Assembly: GCA_045567955.1 (NCBI GenBank)
Contig: JBJLBX010000018.1
Location: 9,292 to 73,291 of the forward strand
From: Candidatus Poseidoniales archaeon
Lineage (GTDB): Archaea > Thermoplasmatota > Poseidoniia > MGIII > CG-Epi1
DNA: 64,000 nt
Direction: 5' to 3'
The notes under the pieces are model-generated. The model did not search any database. It worked only from the letters and a program-made list of their open reading frames with translations, and was not told the origin of the DNA. The translations under genes were made by a program, and so were the position numbers. Positions 19,701 through 29,810 of this stretch are shown here, piece after piece. Numbering within the stretch: the stretch's first letter is position 1; each line of letters opens with the position of its first letter.

Positions 19701-22031
19701 ATGGCATCAAATGAAACCCAAAAAACATATGTTTCTGCAGCCAAAATTTTACCTGAAATAACTACACAAGGAATATTTTTAGCTATTGTTTTAGGAATGT
19801 TATTAACTGCTGCAAACGTTTACTTGGGTCTTTATGTGGGAATGACTGTTAGTGCTTCAATACCTGCTGCTGTAATTTCAATGGCAGTTCTACGAAGTCT
19901 AGCTAAGGCAAATATATCTAAAGGAACGAATATTTTAGAAAATAATTGGGTCCAAACAGCTGTTTCTTCGGGGGAATCTTTAGCTGCAGGTGTGATTTTT
20001 ACGTTACCTGCACTTTTAGTAATGAATCAGACTAGTAATGGCGAAGTTGGATGGGCGGAATTTCCCTATCTTGAAACTGTAGTCATAGCTTTAGTTGGAG
20101 GTACGATTGGAGTACTTTTTTCAATTAGTCTAAGAAGAATTTTTATAGTTAAAGAAGAATTACCTTATCCTGAAGGTGTAGCTTGTGCTGAAGTTTTAGT
20201 TGCTGGGGAAAAAGGTGGAGCTCAAGTAATGCCCATTTTTATTGGTATTACTTTTGGAGCGCTTTACAAATTATTTTCTTCATTAATGGTAACTGTAGAT
20301 AATTCGGTTAAACAAGTTAGTATTGGTCTTTGGGAGCATGGTTGGCAAAGTTTTTACACATTAGGAGGAAAACTAAATGAGTCTGCAGCATATGCTAAAA
20401 CTAAAACTACTTTCTATCTAGGTGCTGAATTGTCACCTGCTTTGCTTGGTGTTGGATATATCGTTGGTCCTGCAATCGCAAGTTTTGTTTTCTTTGGAGG
20501 GCTTTTAGGAGCTGTTGTAATAATGCCAATTGCTAGTGCATTGCTTAATCCTACTGATGCATTCATACAACAAATTACTACGGCAGCAATGAATGGTGAT
20601 GTGATTAGTTATGGAGATTATGCCAATCATATAAATGGCAGAAGAAGAATGGTTGGCGTTGGAACTATGCTAGTTGGTGGACTATACACTCTAGTTATAA
20701 TGCGTGAATCTTTAATGAAAGGTATTTCTGAAATGATTGAAGCTACTAAATCCACAGTATCTACAAAAAAAGGAATATTAAGAACAGATGAAGACTTACC
20801 TGCCCGATCAATAGCAATAGCTAGTGCAGCAATGTCAATTCCTATGTTTTTTATGGTGTGGATTGTTTCTGGGTTGTTATTACCTGCCATATTATCATTA
20901 ATCATTATTTTTACGGCTGGATTTCTGTTTGCAGCCGTAGCAGGATACATGGCTGGAATAGTTGGTAGTAGCAACAATCCACTTTCAGGTGTTACAATAA
21001 TTGTAGTAATTTTGACAGCCACAACTTTTGCACTGCTAAACAGCCTAGTTTATGGCGGAGAACATACTCAAGATTTACAAGTTGCTGTTATTGGAGTCGC
21101 AGCTTTTGTTGCTTGTGCGGGAGCAATATCTGGTGATAATTTACAAGATTTAAAAACAGGATATATATTAGGTGCAACTCCTTGGAGACAGCAAATAGGA
21201 CAAATTGTTGGAGTAACTGCAGGCGCATTAGTAATTCCGCTAGTATTAAATCTATTATCTGATCAAATTATGAATGGCGATTTAGAGGCACCTCAAGCTT
21301 TTCTGATGGCTAGTATAACTAATGGAATTCTTGGCGGGGGAATGGATTGGTCTATGGTTTTCATGGGATCTGGAATTGCCTTTTGTCTTGTAGCTCTCAG
21401 ACATCCTGAAAATTATATCAATATTCTTATCTGTGCATATTTTTTATTTCTAATTGGAGGCTTTTTAGAAGAAGCTATTCCTGCATTTCTGTTTTCTGGT
21501 AGTTTATTAATTGCAGCTACACAAGGTTGGATAAAAGAAAAAGGAGGCTTGAATATCTCTATAATGGCTGTAGCTGTAGGAATGTATCTAAGCTTAAAAA
21601 TGACAATACCTATTTTTATTGGAGGCATGATAAAAATGTATATTGATGGTAAATTTGATGCACCACTAAAGAAAACAAGACCTGAATTATACAAAAAAGG
21701 AAAAGAAGAAATACTAGCTCAAGAAAAAGAAAAATTACATGGACCTGGTATTTTATTCGCTTCAGGTTTAATTGCTGGAGAGGCTATTATGGGAATTGGT
21801 CTGGCTGGAATGGCAGTTTCTGGAATATATCTAGGAATCACTGATAATCCTTCGATTTATCCTGGACTACTCGCTTTTATTTCTGGAGCGATGATTATGG
21901 GAGCGTTTAGTTTAAGACAAATGAAAAATGATGATTTTGGTAAAGTTGAAGAATGGAATTTTAATGAGGATGTACAAGAAGCTGAAATGATAGAAGAAAT
22001 TCCAAAAAAGGAAACTAAAAAGAAACAATAA
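19701..22031 (+). CDS. OPT family oligopeptide transporter
   Basis: Motifs NVYLGL..G.TVSASIPAAVIS, LPYPEGVACAEVL, GSSNNPLSG and QDLKTGYILGATPWRQQ. Confidence 0.95.
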   Translation: MASNETQKTYVSAAKILPEITTQGIFLAIVLGMLLTAANVYLGLYVGMTVSASIPAAVISMAVLRSLAKANISKGTNILENNWVQTAVSSGESLAAGVIFTLPALLVMNQTSNGEVGWAEFPYLETVVIALVGGTIGVLFSISLRRIFIVKEELPYPEGVACAEVLVAGEKGGAQVMPIFIGITFGALYKLFSSLMVTVDNSVKQVSIGLWEHGWQSFYTLGGKLNESAAYAKTKTTFYLGAELSPALLGVGYIVGPAIASFVFFGGLLGAVVIMPIASALLNPTDAFIQQITTAAMNGDVISYGDYANHINGRRRMVGVGTMLVGGLYTLVIMRESLMKGISEMIEATKSTVSTKKGILRTDEDLPARSIAIASAAMSIPMFFMVWIVSGLLLPAILSLIIIFTAGFLFAAVAGYMAGIVGSSNNPLSGVTIIVVILTATTFALLNSLVYGGEHTQDLQVAVIGVAAFVACAGAISGDNLQDLKTGYILGATPWRQQIGQIVGVTAGALVIPLVLNLLSDQIMNGDLEAPQAFLMASITNGILGGGMDWSMVFMGSGIAFCLVALRHPENYINILICAYFLFLIGGFLEEAIPAFLFSGSLLIAATQGWIKEKGGLNISIMAVAVGMYLSLKMTIPIFIGGMIKMYIDGKFDAPLKKTRPELYKKGKEEILAQEKEKLHGPGILFASGLIAGEAIMGIGLAGMAVSGIYLGITDNPSIYPGLLAFISGAMIMGAFSLRQMKNDDFGKVEEWNFNEDVQEAEMIEEIPKKETKKKQ

Positions 22032-22044
22032 AAGGATTTAAACA

Positions 22045-22608
22045 TTGGCTGAACGAAATTTTGTAATAATAGGTCATCGAGCTCACACTGTTGCAGATTG
22101 GAAATTAGATGATTTATGTGGAGGAGCTGGAAGACTTGATGTTCTTGTAAGATGTGTAACTGCTTCACTTTGGAAATCTCATGGAATAAGGAAAGAAACC
22201 GATGTCTGGTTGATTCTTAATGGACCACCAGAGGCACCAATAACTGTTCATTTTTGTGGTGAAAAAATACGTTATCTTAATCCTGATGAACGTTCGACTG
22301 CAGCTCTGATTAGAAATGGATTGATTAAGTATAAAAAACAAGTTGATGCAATGGAAACTAGTCCAGGAGTTACTATGGAAAGAATTGGTTTGGAAGATAT
22401 TTTAGTGAGATTGCCCAATCCAGTACTTTTAAGTGAAAATGGAAATGATAAAATCAATAATTCAAGTACCTTTATTCTTGGAGATGATAAAGACCCTACT
22501 GAAAATGAAATGAAGTTATTAAAAGAATTACCAAAAATTAATTTAGGAAAAGAAAGTTTACTTAGTTCTGCATGTGTAACTTTAATACACCACCTTTTAG
22601 ATAAATGA
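22045..22608 (+). CDS. trmY: tRNA (pseudouridine54-N1)-methyltransferase
   Basis: Motifs LDDLCGGAGRLDVLVRC, SHGIR and LNPDERS. Confidence 0.93.
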   Translation: MAERNFVIIGHRAHTVADWKLDDLCGGAGRLDVLVRCVTASLWKSHGIRKETDVWLILNGPPEAPITVHFCGEKIRYLNPDERSTAALIRNGLIKYKKQVDAMETSPGVTMERIGLEDILVRLPNPVLLSENGNDKINNSSTFILGDDKDPTENEMKLLKELPKINLGKESLLSSACVTLIHHLLDK

Positions 22609-22612
22609 TTAG

Positions 22613-23719
22613 ATGAGCGAACATAGCCTATGGATGAGATGGAAAACGATACATCGTACTGCAAATCCTTTACCTGGAGCGCCTTTAGATATTGTTAGTA
22701 AATGGATGCTGATAACTAGGTCCTATGTATTTGAAATGAATATTTATGCAGGAATTGCAGGTATTCTTTTGGCATTGCAATTTGTTACAGAAATTACCTC
22801 TTCAATGTATTATGATGGAACTATAATTATTATTGGCCTAATATTAGCTCATGCTGCAAATAATATGATGAATGATTTCTTTGATACGTTACATGGAGTA
22901 GATACTGAAGGCTATCCAAGAACTGAATACGGACCACATGCTATAATCGATAAATTAATATCCACAAAAGGATTAATCTTAGCTATATTTTTTTGTAACT
23001 TTATAGACTTAATTATTGCCGTTTATTTTTATCAAAAAGTTGGTTTAGATATTTTATATTTTGTATTTGCAGGACTAGGAATTTCAATATTCTACGTTGC
23101 AAAACCAATCAGACTAAAAAATCTCGGCTTAGGTGAATTTGCTATTGGCGTAGTTTTTGGACCGCTAATGGTAGGTGGAACATTTATGGCATTGACAGGA
23201 GAACCTTTTGGATCTACTGCTTTGAATAATGCTCTTCTAGTTTCAATACCATTTGGATTAACATCGATGACTGTTGTAATGGGAAAACATATGGATAAAC
23301 ATAAAGCAGATACGGCTAAACCAGTATACACATTACCAGTCATAATTGGAATGGAAGGAGCTGCAAGAGTATCACAATTAGCAATAATCTCTTTTTTCAT
23401 TTTTAGTCTTCTAAGTGTTATTGATGGGCATTATGCAATGATTGTCGTATTATTTGCCATACCTAGAGCAATATATGTAATGCAAAAACTCAATGATCCC
23501 ATACCTGATACTCAAAAAGAAGCGTTCGATATTGCATTTGAAGCATTACCACCTCATCTAAAGGAAAACGTTATCGAACAAGACATGGAAGATATTTTCC
23601 CTGTTTGGCCGTTATGGTATGTCGCTTGGGCTTTCCATTTCGTAAAGATAGCTGGAGCTATGTTTGTACTAGGTTTGATAATAGACACACTAATTGTACT
23701 AGACCTAATACCACTCTAA
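22613..23719 (+). CDS. UbiA-superfamily prenyltransferase, MenA-like
   Basis: Motifs AHAANNMMNDFFD..GVD, LK..GLGE, FGPL and KHMDK...D....TLPV. Confidence 0.85.
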   Translation: MSEHSLWMRWKTIHRTANPLPGAPLDIVSKWMLITRSYVFEMNIYAGIAGILLALQFVTEITSSMYYDGTIIIIGLILAHAANNMMNDFFDTLHGVDTEGYPRTEYGPHAIIDKLISTKGLILAIFFCNFIDLIIAVYFYQKVGLDILYFVFAGLGISIFYVAKPIRLKNLGLGEFAIGVVFGPLMVGGTFMALTGEPFGSTALNNALLVSIPFGLTSMTVVMGKHMDKHKADTAKPVYTLPVIIGMEGAARVSQLAIISFFIFSLLSVIDGHYAMIVVLFAIPRAIYVMQKLNDPIPDTQKEAFDIAFEALPPHLKENVIEQDMEDIFPVWPLWYVAWAFHFVKIAGAMFVLGLIIDTLIVLDLIPL

Positions 23720-23752
23720 TACTTATCTACAAGGTTCTAACATATACCTAAT

Positions 23753-24709
23753 ATGGAAGCGATAATTCTTGTTGGAGGATTTGGGACAAGACTTAGACCA
23801 CTGACTCATACTGTCCCAAAACCATTGCTCCCCTTGGCAAATATACCGATGGTAGAAAGAATGATTATAAATTTACCAGAAGTTTTTGATACGGCAATTT
23901 TAGCCGTTAATTATGGATTAAACGAAATGAAAACATATTTTGAAGAAAAGAATATAGAAAAAAAAGTAATTATTGTACCCGAAGAAAAACCCCTAGGTAC
24001 TGGGGGGGCAATGAGAAACTGTATAGATTATATTACTGGAACTACTGCAGTTTTCAATGGTGATGTTGTCACTTCTGTAAATCTGAAAAAAATGTTAAAA
24101 CAACACAAAAAAACTAAAGCAAAAGGGACACTGGCCTTATGGGAGGTTGAAGATCCAAGCCGATTCGGTGTTGTTGAATTAAAAAATGGAGAAATATTAC
24201 AATTTCAAGAAAAACCTAAAAAAGGTAGCGAACTATCAAATTTAATAAATGCCGGAACTTATCTATTGGAACCTGAAATCTTAGAAATGATACCTCCAAA
24301 TCAGAAAATTTCTATCGAGAGAGACATATATCCTAAAGTTGCTGGAAATGGATTGCATGGTTTTCCATTTGAAGGGTATTTTATTGACTCTGGAACACCT
24401 GAATCCTATCTTGAAGCAAATTTCAAAGCAATAGGAAATAATGGTACTGCGTCACACGCTGGTGCAAACATGCGAGGGAAATCAATTGTACATGAAAGTG
24501 CAAAATTAGAAGATTGCATCATTGGACCAAATGCCATAATCGGACCAAATGTTAAAATGAAAAAATGCGTAATTAGAAAATCGGTTATTCTTGCTAATGT
24601 TAACGGATATGGAGGAATCGTGGAAAACAGTATAATTGGACCAAATATTTCATTTAAAAATGATTTGAACCGAACTTTAATATCTCCTGAAGGTACAATC
24701 ACTTTTTAG
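23753..24709 (+). CDS. NDP-sugar synthase (mannose-1-phosphate guanylyltransferase-like)
   Basis: Motifs LVGGFGTRLRPLT, PKPL, PLGTGGA, FQEKP and INAGTY, plus a C-terminal hexapeptide region. Confidence 0.92.
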   Translation: MEAIILVGGFGTRLRPLTHTVPKPLLPLANIPMVERMIINLPEVFDTAILAVNYGLNEMKTYFEEKNIEKKVIIVPEEKPLGTGGAMRNCIDYITGTTAVFNGDVVTSVNLKKMLKQHKKTKAKGTLALWEVEDPSRFGVVELKNGEILQFQEKPKKGSELSNLINAGTYLLEPEILEMIPPNQKISIERDIYPKVAGNGLHGFPFEGYFIDSGTPESYLEANFKAIGNNGTASHAGANMRGKSIVHESAKLEDCIIGPNAIIGPNVKMKKCVIRKSVILANVNGYGGIVENSIIGPNISFKNDLNRTLISPEGTITF

Positions 24710-24716
24710 GATAATT

Positions 24717-25358
24717 ATGACTCTTAAAATCATTCAGATTCCAGTCGGACCATTAGCAATGAATGCAACATTGGTAATGGATAAAGAAAGTAAAGAAACC
24801 ATATTTTTTGATCCAGGAGATGAAATCGAACGAATTTTAGAGATTTCTAAAGCTGAAAATATGAACATTATTAGACTCATAGCAACGCACTGCCATGTAG
24901 ACCATATTGCGGGAGCAAATATTGCAATGAAAAAATTAGGTTTACCTCTTGAAATATGCCCTCTAGGAAAAGAGATGCTCGGAAATGTGGGTCCAATTGC
25001 TGCCGCATTTGGATATACAACCTCTGAAATCAAAGAAGGAGGATATATTGATGAAGGCGATATTGTTAAAATTGGAAAAACTAAATTTGATATTTTGCAT
25101 TGTCCTGGACATAGTCCGGATTCGCTTTGTTTTTACACTGAAGAAATATTAATAGGAGGAGATGTCATCTTTAAAGGTAGTTTAGGTAGAACTGATTTGC
25201 CAGGAGGAAATACTGAACAACTTATGAATTCTATTACTAGAAAAATATATTTATTACCTGATGAAACTACTATTTATCCAGGGCATGGACCTGAGACTAT
25301 ATTAGGAGTAGAAAAAGAACAGAATCCTTATCTTAATGGCACATTAAGACTAGCATAG
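24717..25358 (+). CDS. MBL-fold metallo-hydrolase (glyoxalase II/YcbL-like)
   Basis: Motifs THCHVDH, PGHSP, GD..F..S.GRTD and YPGHG. Confidence 0.92.
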   Translation: MTLKIIQIPVGPLAMNATLVMDKESKETIFFDPGDEIERILEISKAENMNIIRLIATHCHVDHIAGANIAMKKLGLPLEICPLGKEMLGNVGPIAAAFGYTTSEIKEGGYIDEGDIVKIGKTKFDILHCPGHSPDSLCFYTEEILIGGDVIFKGSLGRTDLPGGNTEQLMNSITRKIYLLPDETTIYPGHGPETILGVEKEQNPYLNGTLRLA

Positions 25359-25395
25359 AAATGTTTATATCGATTTAATAAATAAGGTATAATTA

Positions 25396-26880
25396 ATGAG
25401 TTATGAGGAATATGATGAAAAAGTAAAAAAAATCTCGAACTCTATCAAACTAAATAATAAATTAATCACTACAAATAGAAAAGGACATAATTATAGAGAT
25501 CTAAAATTTAAAAAAAAACAAACCCGAATTGACACGGGAGCTCTAACACAAATACTTTCAATAAAAGAGAATTATATTGATTGTGAATCTGCAGTAACTA
25601 TAGGTAAAGTAAACCGAGCTACAATTCCAATAAAAAAAATAATTCCTTCATTACCAGAAGGCGATAATTTTACTGTTGGTGGGTGTCTTGCAGGATTAGC
25701 ACTGGGATCAAATTCTTATATTAACGGGTTTTTTAATGATAATGTAATAGATTTTGATATAGTTCTAGGTAATGGTGATGTAATGAAAAATGTTTCAATA
25801 TCAAATAATCCTGATCTATATTATGGTATAGGTGGAACTTATGGTACTATGGGTATTATTACAAGAGTGAAAACTAAATTAATTCCCTGTAAAAAATATG
25901 TTAGAATGGATTATCTAAATTACAACTCATTCGAAACTTTTTATGAAAATTTTAAACAACGAATTGATAATAAAGAGAATGATTTTATTGAAGCATTTGC
26001 AAATAAAAAGAATGATTATACTATTGTAGTGGCAAATTTTGTAGATAATATAAATGCCAATAATATTTCGATTATAAAAGACAAAGATATTTTGAAACAA
26101 AGACATATGTCTATTTATGCGAAAATTGCCAACAAAAAAAATAATACTTACTTACGAACATTAGATTATTTAGAAAGGTATAGCTATACTGCTTTTTGGG
26201 GTCATTATCTTTATACACCTTACAAAATTCGAGACTATATCTATGCTGGATTGATGTATTCACTTATGCCGAAGAAAATATTAGATTCATCACCAGGTAG
26301 TGGAAAATATAATATTTCGAAATATTTTCATGCTGCTAACCATATTGTTGGAGATTATATCAGAGATGAATATGTTCTTGCAACAGACTTAGGCGTTCCA
26401 CTATCTAAATTAAAAAAAGCTATGGATTTAGCAGATGAACTAACAAACACATATCCTCGCTGGATATGCCCTATTAACGTAAATCATCATCCTGACAAAA
26501 TATTTTGTACAAAGAAACCTGAACTCTGTCAAGATGACATTATATTTGATTTAGGAATTTATGGAATTAAAAATACAAAAATATCATCAAAAAAAATAAA
26601 TAAAGCATTTGAAAAATTTTCTTTTGAAAATGGCGTATTCAAGGGATTCTTCTCCACTTGTTACTTTACCTTTGAGGATTTCTGGAATCAATTTGATAAA
26701 GAAAAATATGATAAAATAAGAAAGAAATATAATGCTGATGGAAATTTTATGGACATTTTTGATAAAATGAACTACAGAAACAAAATTAAGAAGAAAAATA
26801 TCAGAAGTGAATTATTCCAATTCTTTGGAAAAAGATATTTAGAGCAAATCAACAATAATAAGGATACATTAATTAGGTGA
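25396..26880 (+). CDS. FAD-binding oxidoreductase (VAO/PCMH fold), delta(24)-sterol reductase-like
   Basis: Motifs PE...FTVGG..G..GSNS...G.F, IVLGNG, NPDLYYG..GTYGTMGIIT, YPRWICP, DLGIYG and CYFT.EDFW..FD...Y..IR.KY. Confidence 0.8.
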   Translation: MSYEEYDEKVKKISNSIKLNNKLITTNRKGHNYRDLKFKKKQTRIDTGALTQILSIKENYIDCESAVTIGKVNRATIPIKKIIPSLPEGDNFTVGGCLAGLALGSNSYINGFFNDNVIDFDIVLGNGDVMKNVSISNNPDLYYGIGGTYGTMGIITRVKTKLIPCKKYVRMDYLNYNSFETFYENFKQRIDNKENDFIEAFANKKNDYTIVVANFVDNINANNISIIKDKDILKQRHMSIYAKIANKKNNTYLRTLDYLERYSYTAFWGHYLYTPYKIRDYIYAGLMYSLMPKKILDSSPGSGKYNISKYFHAANHIVGDYIRDEYVLATDLGVPLSKLKKAMDLADELTNTYPRWICPINVNHHPDKIFCTKKPELCQDDIIFDLGIYGIKNTKISSKKINKAFEKFSFENGVFKGFFSTCYFTFEDFWNQFDKEKYDKIRKKYNADGNFMDIFDKMNYRNKIKKKNIRSELFQFFGKRYLEQINNNKDTLIR

Positions 26881-26884
26881 TAAA

Positions 26885-27493
26885 ATGAAAGCATTGATAG
26901 TAGGGAATAGACCTTTAAGTAGCAAAGTTATAGAATTGGCAAAAGATAAATTAGTTGTAGCTGCAGATGCTGGAGCTGACCGATTATTAAAATACAATAT
27001 AATGCCTGATGCAGTTATTGGAGATTTAGATTCAATATCTGATAAGACCTCAACGAAGCTTGAAGAATGGATTGTATCTAACAAAAATATACAAAAAACT
27101 GATTTAGAAAAAGCAGTGGAACATGCTTTCAAAAAAGGAGCAACGGAAATTCAAATTATAGGGTGGTCTGGAGGAAGAATAGATCACACCCTAGGTGCAT
27201 TAGGATTGGCATTTGATTCAAGAATTAGTCTTATTGATGAACAATTTACTATAGAAGCTGTAAAAGATTTAAAAACTATTGAAGATAAAGAAAATACTAT
27301 TTTTTCACTTATAGCCGTACCTGAAGCGCGTATCAGTGTTACTGGTGCAAGATGGAATCTTGAACATGAGAAACTGTCAATGGGAGGAAGGGGTATACAT
27401 AATGAAATTGGTCCTTCTGGTAAAGTTAATATCAAATGTCATAGCGGTAAATTACTTTTAATTAAGGGTAATTTTGTTTTAGCTCACGATTGA
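26885..27493 (+). CDS. thiN: thiamine diphosphokinase (pyrophosphokinase)
   Basis: Motifs AADAGA, PDAVIGDLDS, TDLEKA, GGRIDH and C-terminal GIHNE. Confidence 0.92.
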   Translation: MKALIVGNRPLSSKVIELAKDKLVVAADAGADRLLKYNIMPDAVIGDLDSISDKTSTKLEEWIVSNKNIQKTDLEKAVEHAFKKGATEIQIIGWSGGRIDHTLGALGLAFDSRISLIDEQFTIEAVKDLKTIEDKENTIFSLIAVPEARISVTGARWNLEHEKLSMGGRGIHNEIGPSGKVNIKCHSGKLLLIKGNFVLAHD

Positions 27494-28914
27494 CTATTTT
27501 CTATTTCAGAAACTATAAAAGTCATTAACGCTGAACCAAAAAGTGCTGATAAAAATACTCCAAGATTAGCTAGGCCGGATTCATTGACCGGATTGGTCAA
27601 ATAATCTATTCCAGTCTTTAAATCTGAAGTATAAATCCCATATATTACTACGGAAATTAATCCAAATATAGCACCTATCAAACCACCATTTGCTGTAACT
27701 CTATTTGATAAAGATAAGAAAATAGGAAGGACTGTGGCTGCAGCAAAAAGATCTGCAACCAAAAAAACCCTGAAAACACTTAAAGCATCTTCTGAATAGT
27801 ACCATGCCAACAAAATTGCAATCGGAGCTGTAGCAATGACTGCATAACGGGCCTGTTGAATATCAAATTTAGAATCAGTTAAATCTCTAGAAATAACTGC
27901 AACAATGGCATTCTGAAGTGTATCTATACTGGAGCAAACTAAAGCAACTCCTAGAACTAATAACATAGCCAGTACAGGTTCAGGATAATTACTAATTAGT
28001 TCAAAAAAAGCTATAGAAGGATCATTGATAGCCCCTCTGCCAGCTGTAACAGTCCCTAAAAAACCAAATAATAAAACGGTTATAAAACACAACCCTGATG
28101 CTAAAAAAGCACCCTTCCGTAAAGCTTCATTATCTTCTGAAGCCCAAGTACGTTGCCAATTGCCTTGAGAAAACATTTCAGCTGCAGTAATAGCTAAAAC
28201 AAGAGCAAAACCTGCTTCAAAGGTAGAATAATCCTCTATACTGCCTATACTCCACGAATCTTCTGGATTGTAGGCTTTTGCATCATCAAAAATATTGCCA
28301 ATTCCTTCATTAATAATGAAGAGAAATACACAAATTACTAACCAAATTATGAATAAAGATTGTACTCGATCAGTCTTAATTGAAACTGGCAGACCTCCAA
28401 TTACTGTGTAAAATGTTGTAACACAGGCAACACAAATTATGGGAATTAAAAAGTTAATTCCTGATAAAAATTCAACTGCACGGCCGATCGCAATATACTC
28501 TGCAAACATAAAAGTAAACATGTAAATTAAAGAAATTACACCAACATAGAATTGCATTGGACGGCCCTGTTTTTGACGAACAAAATCTGCAAGAGTTACT
28601 CCATCAGGAGTCAATTTACGAATTATAGGACCTAAATAAGCCAAAAAAATAAATGGAGTTGCTGAAGATAAAGCATACCCAAATACATCATAAAATCCTC
28701 CATAATAACCAACTTCAGAAGGACCAAAAAGAATCCATATTCCCATTCCAGAAGCAAATAAACTAAGTCCAATCATTATCCAATTTTGACTTCCTCGAGC
28801 AGATAAGAAGAAGTCAGTATCCAACTCTTTTTCTGAGGATTCTCTATAACCCAACCAGGCAAAAAAAGCCAATGAGCCAAAAAGCAAAATATAAGCAATG
28901 CTAAATGAAATCAT
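27484..28914 (-). CDS. sodium:solute symporter, probably for thiamine or a thiamine precursor
   Basis: SSF motifs SLFASGMG.WILF.P, YT..GGL..SI.TD, WQR.WA and SSIDT. Flanked by thiamine genes. Confidence 0.85.
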   Translation of the reverse strand: MISFSIAYILLFGSLAFFAWLGYRESSEKELDTDFFLSARGSQNWIMIGLSLFASGMGIWILFGPSEVGYYGGFYDVFGYALSSATPFIFLAYLGPIIRKLTPDGVTLADFVRQKQGRPMQFYVGVISLIYMFTFMFAEYIAIGRAVEFLSGINFLIPIICVACVTTFYTVIGGLPVSIKTDRVQSLFIIWLVICVFLFIINEGIGNIFDDAKAYNPEDSWSIGSIEDYSTFEAGFALVLAITAAEMFSQGNWQRTWASEDNEALRKGAFLASGLCFITVLLFGFLGTVTAGRGAINDPSIAFFELISNYPEPVLAMLLVLGVALVCSSIDTLQNAIVAVISRDLTDSKFDIQQARYAVIATAPIAILLAWYYSEDALSVFRVFLVADLFAAATVLPIFLSLSNRVTANGGLIGAIFGLISVVIYGIYTSDLKTGIDYLTNPVNESGLANLGVFLSALFGSALMTFIVSEIENSQS

Positions 28915-29717
28915 GCCATGGATTCCATATATTCGCCTAAACTTTCAACTATTTTGCAAACCCTTTCATGATTTTTTCCAACAATATACAAAGAAGGCTC
29001 AAAACCATAACCTCCTTCATCTATCAAAGCTTCAATATTGATGGAACTCTTATTTACTGATAAACTTTCTCCATCTCGAACTAATTTAACTGAATCTATC
29101 TTTAACTTTTCTAAAATGTCTGAAATAATAGAATCCCATCTAAGATTTATTATTACTGAAGTATTTGAGTCAAATTTACGTAATTCTAATAATAAATTAG
29201 AAAGGTGTGAAGAACCTCCAAATCTCGCTGATGAAACTGGGCGTGCCTGACCTCCAATAGGTATTAACCGGCCTGGAAACGCAGCTATATCTGAAATTTC
29301 TATAGCTTCATTCGTTGCTATTGCAATGTTGACTCTTACTTGTGGAGAAAGCATAGGAATTACTTTAGCCAGCCTCTTACGCATATCCGTGATATTAACT
29401 AGGGTTCTTTCTCGATTGCCTTGAATAGGGAAATTTATGTTCAATTCGTGATTATCAACCTCTATTGTTAATTTCCAAGAAGAAGCGTCACCCTCCTTGA
29501 GAATCACAGCTAATGATTTAGCAGCTTCTTGTAAATTACTTTCTATTGGTTCTTTGTAACGTGTTGGTAAAGTGTGTAAATAATTACCAGCCATCACTTG
29601 ACTAACTCCTAAGGCATTACCAAGACGCGCTTGTGTCCAACCATCTTCGGCAAGTATTCTACAAGATCGACCTCTCAACTCTTTAAACAAATTACTGGTT
29701 AATTCTACAGGCATCAT
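28911..29717 (-). CDS. thiR: ThiR-like regulator (N-terminal HTH plus archaeal thiamine-phosphate-synthase-like domain)
   Basis: HTH GWTQ..LG..LGVSQ...GNYL, then PQVRVNIA, DIAAFPGR, FGGSSHL, INLRW and D.GGYGFEP. Start at ATG 29717 or TTG 29726. Confidence 0.8.
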   Translation of the reverse strand: MMPVELTSNLFKELRGRSCRILAEDGWTQARLGNALGVSQVMAGNYLHTLPTRYKEPIESNLQEAAKSLAVILKEGDASSWKLTIEVDNHELNINFPIQGNRERTLVNITDMRKRLAKVIPMLSPQVRVNIAIATNEAIEISDIAAFPGRLIPIGGQARPVSSARFGGSSHLSNLLLELRKFDSNTSVIINLRWDSIISDILEKLKIDSVKLVRDGESLSVNKSSINIEALIDEGGYGFEPSLYIVGKNHERVCKIVESLGEYMESMA

Positions 29718-29810
29718 ATTAATCAATTATAAAATACAATAAGTCATTTATAAAAGTTATGTAAGCCTTTTAGCAAGGGGTCTAATGAACTCTGTTTAAA
29801 GAGGTTAAAT

